Below, one piece after another: positions 9,493 through 17,308 of a DNA stretch of 45,731 nucleotides; position 1 is the stretch's first letter, and every line of letters starts with the position of its first letter. Source of the stretch: Crocinitomicaceae bacterium (GTDB lineage: Bacteria > Patescibacteriota > Minisyncoccia > Phycocordibacterales > UBA1006); the NCBI GenBank assembly GCA_047637555.1, contig JBLIKX010000002.1, forward strand, positions 1-45,731. Direction: 5' to 3'. The notes under the pieces were generated by a model. The model saw only the letters and a program-made list of their open reading frames with translations. It did no database searches and was not told the DNA's origin. The position numbers were made by a program, and so were the translations under genes.

Positions 9493-10044
9493 ATGAAAAT
9501 ACAAAAATCAAAAGGCTTCACCCTTATTGAACTCCTTGTAGTAGTAGCTATTATCGGTGTTCTTGCAACCATAGTACTTGCTAGCTTATCTGATGCTCGT
9601 GCACGAGCTCGAGATGCAAACCGTCTTGCTGATATTAGAACAATCCAAACAGCTCTTGAGGTGTATTATTTAGATAATGGAAAATATCCCACTACTGATT
9701 CTTGGGCAGGAAGTCATACTAGCTCATGGGATACATTAAATACCCTCATGGAAACTACTCTTCCTGTTGATCCTGTAAATGATACCTCCAACTCTAGCCC
9801 CTCGGCTGCTACTACTGGAAACCTTGTGTACGGTTATTATGGTTCCACGTCTAATAATGGCTGTAGTGGACAGGCATATTATCTTATCTTTAATCTCGAA
9901 TCACGGATGGGTGATGGTCCTAATGATGGGATTGAAATGTGTAATAATTTTCCAAAGACTGCATTCGGCGATACATTTACCGTTGGTGTTGATAAGGATG
10001 GTAAATTTATAACACCCGATACGTCAGGAACCTTAAGAGAATAA
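9493..10044 (+). CDS. Type IV pilin / prepilin-type N-terminal cleavage-methylation domain protein
   Basis: The leader MKIQKSKG|FTLIELLVVVAIIGVLA has the G-1, F+1, E+5 signature. Two C-terminal Cys residues could form the pilin D-region disulfide. Confidence 0.85.
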   Translation: MKIQKSKGFTLIELLVVVAIIGVLATIVLASLSDARARARDANRLADIRTIQTALEVYYLDNGKYPTTDSWAGSHTSSWDTLNTLMETTLPVDPVNDTSNSSPSAATTGNLVYGYYGSTSNNGCSGQAYYLIFNLESRMGDGPNDGIEMCNNFPKTAFGDTFTVGVDKDGKFITPDTSGTLRE

Positions 10045-10100
10045 GAAAAATTTTTGATTCTTCTTCAGTTTTAAAAATATACTGATTCTATATAAAAATA

Positions 10101-10128
10101 AAAGACACCTTTAAACAAGGTGTTTTTT
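10101..10128 (+). terminator. Intrinsic terminator after the pilin gene
   Basis: Stem ACACCT/AGGTGT with a 7-nt loop, followed by TTTTT. Confidence 0.6.
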
Positions 10129-10503
10129 ATTTGAATAATTCTCTCGAAGTCCATTAAGTGTTGTCGATAAATAATAAAGGGTATTAATACCATACATACC
10201 ACAAATCCTAATCTTTTTTTAAATTTTCTACCATGTAAATATGATACAGATAAAGCAAATAAGACCTAACCAAAGTCTAAAGGTGAAAACTATTCACCAC
10301 CATCGTTTATTAACTATTTTAAATAATATAAAGGTTATTTATTGGAATAATTGATTTTTGGACTTTATATCCTTATTTTTTAAAAAAAATCGCAATATTC
10401 TAATAGCAATAAGGACAGCATAAATAATGTATAAAATAAAAATATTTTCTTGTCTATGTTGTAAGGTAATGACTATTAAGTAAGCATACTAGTTAATTAG
10501 TAT

Positions 10504-10535
10504 TATAGAAAAATTTTAGATAAAATTTTTCTATA
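10504..10535. promoter_or_regulatory. Perfect 14-bp inverted repeat (TATAGAAAAATTTT-agat-AAAATTTTTCTATA) upstream of the DUF975 gene promoter
   Basis: Read directly from the sequence. It ends about 22 nt upstream of the TGaTATAAT box at 10558-10566, near the -35 position. Confidence 0.35.
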
Positions 10536-10575
10536 AAAAGTAATTTCTCATATTTGGTGATATAATAATTATACT

Positions 10576-11334
10576 ATGAAAAATACATTTTTAGACAAAA
10601 AAAATTATGGAAAATTATATATTAAACAGGCCGGAGAAGATAGAGATACCTTATGGAAATCGGTGCTAGGCTTAATAATTGTTACGGTAGTTATTTCAGT
10701 ACTTATTAATGTTGTACTCGGATTAACTTTTGGCGAATCTTGGCTGGTTAGAATTATTACTCAGCTTATTGGATTTTTTGTTAGTTTATACACAATTAAG
10801 TTTGTATTAAATCTTGTGGATACAGGAAAGGCGTCATTCAAGGACACATTATCTAGTTTTACTAGTAGACAAGTTCTCTATGCATTAGGAGCTTATATCT
10901 TAATGATTCTCGCTGTAATCACTGGATTAATTTTATTAATCATACCTGGAATTATTTGGTCATATATGTTTATGCTTGTAATATATCTTGGTGCTGATGG
11001 AGTTATAAGGCCAGTTAACGCGATGAAAGAAAGTCGACGATTGACTGCTGGATATAAAATGAAAATATTTATCACCATAGCGTGGGTTCATACATATTTC
11101 CTCGTAATTCCCCTTGTTGCTTTCTTATTTATGTTACTAGCTCAGGGTCTTGCATGGCCGTCAGTAATTATCACCTTCTTTAGTGCGGCAGTTCTTGCCT
11201 TTGCTATTTATGCGTATTTTGCTCTTGTAACCTTACTTCCTCGAATGTATCGTGATCTTCAAAATATCCAAGGCGAAAATATTGAAGCTTCGGATGAAAT
11301 TATTGGAAGAGAAGAGGTTCTGGATAGAGACTAA
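10576..11334 (+). CDS. DUF975-family integral membrane protein
   Basis: A multi-TM protein. The core LLIIPGIIWSYMFMLVIYLGADGVIRPVNAMKESRRLTAGYKMKIF resembles the DUF975 signature (IPGII..Y.Y.M..YIL.D.P.....AI..S..LM.G.K..LF). Confidence 0.6.
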   Translation: MKNTFLDKKNYGKLYIKQAGEDRDTLWKSVLGLIIVTVVISVLINVVLGLTFGESWLVRIITQLIGFFVSLYTIKFVLNLVDTGKASFKDTLSSFTSRQVLYALGAYILMILAVITGLILLIIPGIIWSYMFMLVIYLGADGVIRPVNAMKESRRLTAGYKMKIFITIAWVHTYFLVIPLVAFLFMLLAQGLAWPSVIITFFSAAVLAFAIYAYFALVTLLPRMYRDLQNIQGENIEASDEIIGREEVLDRD

Positions 11335-11358
11335 ACAAAGGAAATAAAGAACTAAAAG

Positions 11359-11390
11359 AAAAAACCGTATAAACGGTTTTTTCTTTTTTT
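11359..11390. terminator. Bidirectional intrinsic terminator between the DUF975 gene and tRNA-Leu
   Basis: Stem AACCGT/ACGGTT with a 4-nt loop, flanked by an A-run and a T-run. Confidence 0.6.
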
Positions 11391-11391
11391 G

Positions 11392-11473
11392 TGCCGGAGG
11401 CGGGAATTGAACCCGCACGTCCGAAGACATGCGATTTTGAGTCGCACGTGTCTACCAATTCCACCACTCCGGC
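11392..11473 (-). tRNA. tRNA-Leu (anticodon CAA), class II with long variable arm
   Basis: Reverse complement: GCCGGAG acceptor, D-arm GTGGAATTGGTAGACAC, anticodon stem-loop TGCGA-CTCAAAA-TCGCA, variable arm GTCTTCGGAC, T-arm GCGGG-TTCAATT-CCCGC. No encoded CCA. Confidence 0.9.
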
Positions 11474-11562
11474 ATCTTTCTTCAATGACTTGATACTACT
11501 AAAAAGAGATTTTTCGTGCAAGTTATAATAAGAAAAGTGACTATGATATACTGTATATTATC

Positions 11563-13044
11563 ATGTCAGAATATCAAAACAATTCTATTTTTTGGGTAGA
11601 AGCATCAAAAATTCAACCAAACCCTTATCAACCTCGAAAAGAGTTTGAACCACGTGCTCTTGAAGATCTTGCCGATTCAATTCGTCAGTATGGAGTGCTT
11701 CAACCACTGGTTGTAACACGCAAGGAAATTTTACGCCCAGATAATCATGGGATGGATGTTCATTATGAATTAATTGCTGGTGAGCGGCGACTGCGCGCTT
11801 CCAAGATTGCAGGATTAGCCCAAGTCCCAATTATTATTAGAAAAGAAACTGATAATAAGGTAAAACTAGAACTCGCAATTATTGAGAACTTACAGCGTGA
11901 AGATCTTAATCCCCTAGATCGTGCAGTTGCTTTTGAACAACTTTATAAGGAGTTTGAGCTAACTCATGCAGAGATAGGAAAAAAAATGGGAAAAAGTCGT
12001 GTTTATGTCTCAAATACCTTGCGACTTCTCTCTCTTCCTGACGAAATAAAGCAAGGGTTGTTACAAAGTCGCATTACCGAAGGGCATACACGTCCACTTT
12101 TGATGCTTACAGATCGTCCAGAAGAGCAGACGACCTTATTTAAAGAAATAATGGTTAAAAAAATGTCCGTTCGTGATGCTGAGAAGGTAGCTCGCAAAAT
12201 TGCACAGGACAAGGTTAGAAAAAAGGAATTTATTGTAGATCCTAAAATCCTTAGCTATGAAAAGCAACTCGCAGAGAATCTAGGAACTCGAGTACATATA
12301 GAGGCAAAAGAAAATGGGGGTCAAATTACCATTGATTATTTCACAATCAAGGATCTTGAACAAATATTGAGTTCAATGCAAAAAGTTGAGCGAGAACAGA
12401 GTATGATGGAAAATTACCTGACAGGTGAGGGGTTTAGTAAACAAGAGATAGATATAGAAAAATCTACAGGAATATCAATGAACAGTTCTCATGTAGACCC
12501 TGAAGTGGACAAAAAAGAAACTAGTCTCGATCTTCGACATAAGGGCTTGCCAGAGTATACAAAAAAACCACATACTGAAATTGAAAAGTATCATCAGGAG
12601 ATAACAGCTTCAGCTTCAGCTTCAGCTTCAAAAATAGAAATAAAAGATGAAATAAAAGATCACGTTCATGATTATAGTACAGAGCCACTTTATAGTGCTC
12701 CAGAGCAGGGGGTAGAAACTATTGAACATGCCCCTGAAGTTGTAATAGAAAACCCATCAAGTGAGATAAAAATTCCTCAAGTCTTAGTAGCATCTACATC
12801 TCTAGACTCTGAAAACTCACAATATCGAGAAAAAGAAATCCATTCGTCTGTTAACCAACATCAATTTCCCTTAGAACAGACCCCACAAGCGCCACGTTGG
12901 CCAGAAGAAACTCCTATTCAATCAGACCAAGCACAACAACAATACCAACAATATCAACAACCTGATGTTAATCAATCGTATGCGACTCAGCAAGAATATC
13001 AACAACCAAGAAAAAAAGGATTCTTTGGTAGATTATTTGGGTAG
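11563..13044 (+). CDS. parB: ParB/Spo0J-family partition protein with a ~220-aa low-complexity C-terminal extension ending in a MinD-like amphipathic motif
   Basis: ParB N domain (LQPLVVTR..., GERRLRAS), HTH (THAEIGKKMGKSRVYVSNTLRLL) and a dimerisation segment ending near residue 272 (GGQITIDYFTIKDLEQILSSM). An acidic, Q-rich tail follows and ends in RKKGFFGRLFG*. Confidence 0.9.
   Translation: MSEYQNNSIFWVEASKIQPNPYQPRKEFEPRALEDLADSIRQYGVLQPLVVTRKEILRPDNHGMDVHYELIAGERRLRASKIAGLAQVPIIIRKETDNKVKLELAIIENLQREDLNPLDRAVAFEQLYKEFELTHAEIGKKMGKSRVYVSNTLRLLSLPDEIKQGLLQSRITEGHTRPLLMLTDRPEEQTTLFKEIMVKKMSVRDAEKVARKIAQDKVRKKEFIVDPKILSYEKQLAENLGTRVHIEAKENGGQITIDYFTIKDLEQILSSMQKVEREQSMMENYLTGEGFSKQEIDIEKSTGISMNSSHVDPEVDKKETSLDLRHKGLPEYTKKPHTEIEKYHQEITASASASASKIEIKDEIKDHVHDYSTEPLYSAPEQGVETIEHAPEVVIENPSSEIKIPQVLVASTSLDSENSQYREKEIHSSVNQHQFPLEQTPQAPRWPEETPIQSDQAQQQYQQYQQPDVNQSYATQQEYQQPRKKGFFGRLFG
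12607..12630 (+). repeat. (GCTTCA)x4 in-frame hexanucleotide tandem repeat inside the parB tail
   Basis: Read directly from the sequence. It encodes ASASASAS. Confidence 0.9.
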
Positions 13045-13064
13045 TAATTATAATTTGTATTATC

Positions 13065-13094
13065 TAAAAAAACACTTACATGAGTGTTTTTTTA
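13065..13094. terminator. Bidirectional terminator between convergent parB and rel
   Basis: AAAAAAACACTTACATGAGTGTTTTTTT: stem ACACT(TA)/(TG)AGTGT flanked by A and T runs. Confidence 0.6.
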
Positions 13095-13195
13095 GATGTA
13101 TTATATATTAACTATCTTTGTGTTCAAAGAAAAAGTAAACTTATGTTTCTGAACACAACTCCAAATAAGTTAGATATAATTACTTGATTCTAGCT

Positions 13196-14662
13196 CTATG
13201 TAAAAAATTTATTCCAAAGACTATTTTCTTTCATATATTTTTCTATATGCTTACGAGCCATACTTGTCTTTGCATAAAGTAACCACTTACTTGAGGGAAC
13301 ACCACTTTTTATTGTCTGTATCTCGACAATATCACCACTGTGTAATATTTTTTTTAGAGCAGAGTGTTTTCCATTAACCTTTGATGACTGAGCTTTGTTT
13401 CCTATTTCACTATGAATGGCATAGGCAAAGTCAATAACCGATGCATCTTTTGGAAGATCTAGAACATCACCCGTAGGTGTAAATACAAAAATTCGATCTT
13501 CAAATAAATCAGTTTTTAACCCCTTAAGAAATTCTTTATCCGTATCTTTTTCTGATGTCTTTAGGTCCTTGAGGTCTTTGAGCCATTGTAATGAATGTTT
13601 ATCGGTCACGGTTGAACCTCGTTGTTTATAGACATGATGGGAGGCAAATCCATATTCTGCAAACTCATGCATCTCATTTGTTCTGACTTGAATTTCTGCA
13701 ATACCACCATCACCGGTGAATATTGTCGTGTGAATTGACTGATAACCATTGACCTTAGGAAGAGCAATATAGTCTTTAATTCGCCCAGGAAGAGGTCTCC
13801 ACATTGAATGGATAATACCAAGTACTCGATAGCAATCATCGATAGTAGGAACAACAACACGAAGCGCCACAATATCGTACATCTGTTCAATATCCATCTG
13901 CTTTCGTTGGAGTTTTTTCCAAAGACTGTAGCGGCCTTTTACGCGTTGGTGAGTAGTGATATCTTGTATCTTATGTTTTGCCATTTCTGTTTTCATTGAA
14001 CGCCATACTTTTTTAAGATATTTCTCATTCAATTTCTTCTTTTGCTTCATAAGATCGTCTACCATTTTTGCCTCAGCAGGATAAGCAAAAGGAAATGCCG
14101 CATCTTGCAACTGACCAACCATACGTCCCATTCCTAATCGATAAGCAAGCGGCGCATAAATATCAATAGTTTCAAGTGCAATACGTTTTTGTTTTTCAGG
14201 CTTAACAAATTCTAGAGTTTGAGCGTTATGTAGGCGATCAGCAAGTTTTATTATTACCACACGATAATCTTCTGCAGTCGCAATAAAAAATTTACGGAGT
14301 GATTCAACGTGACGTTTTTTACCTTGATATTTCAAGGTTCCTAGTTTTGTCACACCGTTTACCAGAAAGACAATTTCATCCCCAAATTGTTCTTGAATTT
14401 CTTTTTCTGTGACAGGAGTGTCTTCTATAGTGTCATGAAGAAAACCAGCCGCGATAGTTACTGTATCGAGACCATATTCAGCTAAATTTCGTGCCGTTGC
14501 AAATACATGCTTAAAATAGGGTTCACCACTAGCGCGTTTCTGAGGTTTGTGAGCTTCAAAGGCAGCGTCATAAGCCCTTTGAAGAAGTACCTTCTCTTTT
14601 TCAGTAGGAGTAATCCTCATTAAGCCATAGATTTCATTAATATCAGTACTATTCTTTTTCAT
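13196..14662 (-). CDS. rel: Bifunctional (p)ppGpp synthetase/hydrolase, RelA/SpoT homologue (HD + synthetase + TGS only)
   Basis: HD motif HDTIEDT; synthetase motifs RVKGRYSLWKKL, DIVALRVVV, YQSIHTTI, EIQVRT; TGS domain VFTPTGDVLDLPKDASVIDFAYAIHSEIG. I prefer the ATG at 14662 (TATAAT 7 nt upstream) to the TTG at 14689. Confidence 0.9.
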   Translation of the reverse strand: MKKNSTDINEIYGLMRITPTEKEKVLLQRAYDAAFEAHKPQKRASGEPYFKHVFATARNLAEYGLDTVTIAAGFLHDTIEDTPVTEKEIQEQFGDEIVFLVNGVTKLGTLKYQGKKRHVESLRKFFIATAEDYRVVIIKLADRLHNAQTLEFVKPEKQKRIALETIDIYAPLAYRLGMGRMVGQLQDAAFPFAYPAEAKMVDDLMKQKKKLNEKYLKKVWRSMKTEMAKHKIQDITTHQRVKGRYSLWKKLQRKQMDIEQMYDIVALRVVVPTIDDCYRVLGIIHSMWRPLPGRIKDYIALPKVNGYQSIHTTIFTGDGGIAEIQVRTNEMHEFAEYGFASHHVYKQRGSTVTDKHSLQWLKDLKDLKTSEKDTDKEFLKGLKTDLFEDRIFVFTPTGDVLDLPKDASVIDFAYAIHSEIGNKAQSSKVNGKHSALKKILHSGDIVEIQTIKSGVPSSKWLLYAKTSMARKHIEKYMKENSLWNKFFT

Positions 14663-14669
14663 ACTTATA

Positions 14670-14675
14670 ATTATA
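14670..14675 (-). promoter_or_regulatory. -10 box (TATAAT) 7 nt upstream of the rel ATG, candidate leaderless promoter
   Basis: The minus strand reads GTGTATAAT-tataagt-ATG. No Shine-Dalgarno is possible in this spacing. Confidence 0.45.
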
Positions 14676-14755
14676 CACACGAAGAACAAAATAATAAATC
14701 AAAAGCAACAATATGATATACTCTAGTTACTTAATCGTTATTACTATATATTATT

Positions 14756-15511
14756 ATGATCTCTTATATTATCGCAATTGCCTTAGTTTTATTCTTTTCA
14801 ATTATTAAACAAATTAATCAATATCAACGTGGAGTTGTCTTTACTATGGGTAAATTCACCGGAACGCGTATGCCAGGTTGGCGACCAATTATTCCAGTAA
14901 TACAAAAAATGTACAAAGTAGATATTCGTACTAAAACAGTAGATGTACCCAATCAAGAAGTAATTACACGTGACAATATTCCAGTTCAAATTAACGCTGT
15001 GGTATATTATAAAATTAAAGATGCTCCAAAATCGATTATTGAGGTTGAGGACTTTCGATATGCTGTATCTCAGTTAGCACAAACAAGTATGAGAAACTCT
15101 GTAGGAGAGAGAACGCTTGACGAGTTACTCCAAAAACGGAATGAAATTGCAGAAACTATTAAGATAGGACTTGATGTTAAAACTGATCCATGGGGAATTG
15201 ATGTTGAGATGCTTGAATTAAAAGATGTGATTATTCCTGACAATCTAAAGAGAACTATTTCAAAAGAAGCAGAGGCCGAGCGTGAAAAACGAGCTGTAAT
15301 TATAAAAGCCCAAGGTGATAAAGAAGCTGCACATAATTTAGCTGAAGCAGCTAAAACATTAAATACAATGCCAGGGGCCATGCATTTACGAACACTTCAA
15401 GCTATTAATGATTTGTCATCTGATCAGTCAAATACGACTATCTGGATGCTGCCGGTTGAAATTTTAGAGGCAGCAAGAGGGGTTGCTACTATGCTTAATG
15501 ATAAAAAATAG
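14756..15511 (+). CDS. SPFH/band 7 (stomatin/prohibitin-like) membrane protein
   Basis: N-terminal TM followed by an SPFH core (QYQRGVVFTMGKF..., DVPNQEVITRDNIPVQINAVVYYKI, coiled-coil EAEAEREKRAVIIKAQG). Confidence 0.85.
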   Translation: MISYIIAIALVLFFSIIKQINQYQRGVVFTMGKFTGTRMPGWRPIIPVIQKMYKVDIRTKTVDVPNQEVITRDNIPVQINAVVYYKIKDAPKSIIEVEDFRYAVSQLAQTSMRNSVGERTLDELLQKRNEIAETIKIGLDVKTDPWGIDVEMLELKDVIIPDNLKRTISKEAEAEREKRAVIIKAQGDKEAAHNLAEAAKTLNTMPGAMHLRTLQAINDLSSDQSNTTIWMLPVEILEAARGVATMLNDKK

Positions 15512-15532
15512 TTAATACTTAATGATATTTTC

Positions 15533-15541
15533 TGATATAAT
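15533..15541 (+). promoter_or_regulatory. Extended -10 promoter (TGaTATAAT) upstream of the pyrG leader
   Basis: Read directly from the sequence. It lies 22 nt after the SPFH stop and 6 nt before an ATG that opens a 12-codon mini-ORF (15548-15586, MKKKLIIPSVQI*). Confidence 0.4.
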
Positions 15542-15586
15542 AAAATAATGAAGAAAAAACTGATAATTCCATCAGTGCAAATATAA

Positions 15587-15616
15587 AAAGCAGAGTTTTA
15601 ACGACTCTGCTTTTTC
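15587..15616 (+). terminator. Intrinsic terminator-like hairpin 10 nt upstream of the pyrG start (SPFH terminator and/or pyrG attenuator)
   Basis: AAAAGCAGAG-ttttaacga-CTCTGCTTTTT. The T-run ends about 10 nt before the pyrG ATG at 15627. Confidence 0.6.
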
Positions 15617-15626
15617 TTTTAAAGTT

Positions 15627-17294
15627 ATGAAAAAAAATAAAAACAAAAAATACATATTCGTTGTCGGAGGAGTCATGTCAGGTGTAGGAAAGGGAATAAC
15701 GGCATCCTCAATTGGAAAAATTCTTCAGTTTTCTGGGTATAAGGTTTCCGCAGTAAAAATTGATCCTTATGTAAATGTTGATGCTGGAACGATGAATCCA
15801 GCTGAACATGGAGAAACATTTATTCTTGAGGATGGGTATGAAACCGATCAAGATATGGGAAATTATGAACGCTTTTTAAATACATCGTTGACGCGAGATT
15901 CTTACATGACGACGGGTTCAATATATCACAAAGTTATTAGTAAAGAGCGATCACTTGGATATAAAGGTAAAACTGTTTCAGTTGTTCCACATGTACCAAT
16001 GGAAGTGATTAATCAAATTAAGCGATCTAATACAAAAGAATCTGCTGATATTACTATAGTTGAAATTGGAGGTACCGTTGGTGAATATGAAAATATTTTA
16101 TTTTTAGAGGCTGCAAGAATGATGAAACGTCAGAATCCTAATGATGTTGCCTTTGTTCTTGTTTCATATTTACCAGTTCCTAATACCCTTGGTGAAATGA
16201 AAACAAAACCTACGCAACAAGCAGTCAGAATACTTCAAGAATCAGGAGTATTCCCAGATATTATTGTTGGTCGGAGTCCATGCGCAATGGATACCAAGCG
16301 CAAGAAAAAAATAGCTACCGCATCAATGCTGCATGAGGATGATATTATTTCGGCTCCAAATTTAGAGAGTATTTACGATCTTCCTGATTATTTTCTGGGT
16401 GAAGAATTAGATGTTAAACTTTTAAAAAAATTACAGCTAAAGACGCGTAAAAATGAATCTGCAAAGAAAAATAAATTAGGATGGAATAGATTTGTACGAA
16501 AAACCAAAAACCACAAAGAAGAAATACTTATTGCTGTTGTTGGTAAATATTTTAACACCGGCGATTTTGTACTATCTGATGCCTACGTCTCAGTTATTGA
16601 AGCTCTAAAATTTTCTGGTGCACATACTGGTATTAAGGTAAGCATTGATTGGTTACAAGCTCAAGATTTTGAAGGTGCATCTGGAAAAAATAAGATAAAA
16701 GAACTCAAAAGATACTCGGGGATATTAGTACCTGGCGGTTTTGGAACATCAGGGATAGAAGGTAAGATTAATGTTATAGAATACGCTCGTACAAAAAAAA
16801 TTCCTTTTTTTGGAATTTGTTTAGGTATGCAAATGGCGTCGGTTGAATTTGCTCGTAATGTACTCATGATGACTGATGCTCATAGTACTGAATCGAATAT
16901 AAAAACACCATTTCCAATTGTTGATATTTTATTAGAACAAAAAGAAAAATTGAAAAAAGGAGATTATGGTGGGTCAATGCGACTTGGTCTGTACACTGCT
17001 CATTTAAAAAAAGCTACTCTTGCAAGAAAAATCTATAAATCTAATATTATCAACGAGCGTCATCGACATCGTTATGAGCTGGTTACAAATCAATACGAGG
17101 CCGTATTTGCTAAAAAAGGATTTATCATTTCAGCAACTTCTCCAGATGGAATGCTTCCAGAAATTATTGAACTTGATCAAAAAAAACATCCTTATTTTAT
17201 TGCGGTTCAGTTCCATCCTGAATGCAAGGCACGACCGTTAGAACCGCATCCTCTGTTCAATGAATTTATTAAAGCTTCGTTAAAATTCAAATAA
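15627..17294 (+). CDS. pyrG: CTP synthase
   Basis: N-terminal synthetase domain GGVMSGVGKGI. The C-terminal glutaminase domain has the catalytic Cys in GICLGMQ and HRHRYE. Confidence 0.95.
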   Translation: MKKNKNKKYIFVVGGVMSGVGKGITASSIGKILQFSGYKVSAVKIDPYVNVDAGTMNPAEHGETFILEDGYETDQDMGNYERFLNTSLTRDSYMTTGSIYHKVISKERSLGYKGKTVSVVPHVPMEVINQIKRSNTKESADITIVEIGGTVGEYENILFLEAARMMKRQNPNDVAFVLVSYLPVPNTLGEMKTKPTQQAVRILQESGVFPDIIVGRSPCAMDTKRKKKIATASMLHEDDIISAPNLESIYDLPDYFLGEELDVKLLKKLQLKTRKNESAKKNKLGWNRFVRKTKNHKEEILIAVVGKYFNTGDFVLSDAYVSVIEALKFSGAHTGIKVSIDWLQAQDFEGASGKNKIKELKRYSGILVPGGFGTSGIEGKINVIEYARTKKIPFFGICLGMQMASVEFARNVLMMTDAHSTESNIKTPFPIVDILLEQKEKLKKGDYGGSMRLGLYTAHLKKATLARKIYKSNIINERHRHRYELVTNQYEAVFAKKGFIISATSPDGMLPEIIELDQKKHPYFIAVQFHPECKARPLEPHPLFNEFIKASLKFK

Positions 17295-17308
17295 GCTAAA
17301 AGCCAAAA

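Noticed and set aside
9779-10012. A 77-aa ORF in an alternative frame inside the pilin gene.
   Set aside because: It is fully nested within a well-supported CDS on the same strand, and it has no start context or motif.
11233-11521. Minus-strand ORFs of 65 and 73 aa.
   Set aside because: They overlap the tRNA-Leu gene and its terminator. They are translation artefacts of a structured RNA locus.
11563-13044. parS sites (TGTTNCACGTGAAACA) in or near parB.
   Set aside because: Scanning every CACGTG in the window by eye (for example at 14966, 39535 and 44571) found no match better than a half-site. A computational search of the whole genome is still needed.
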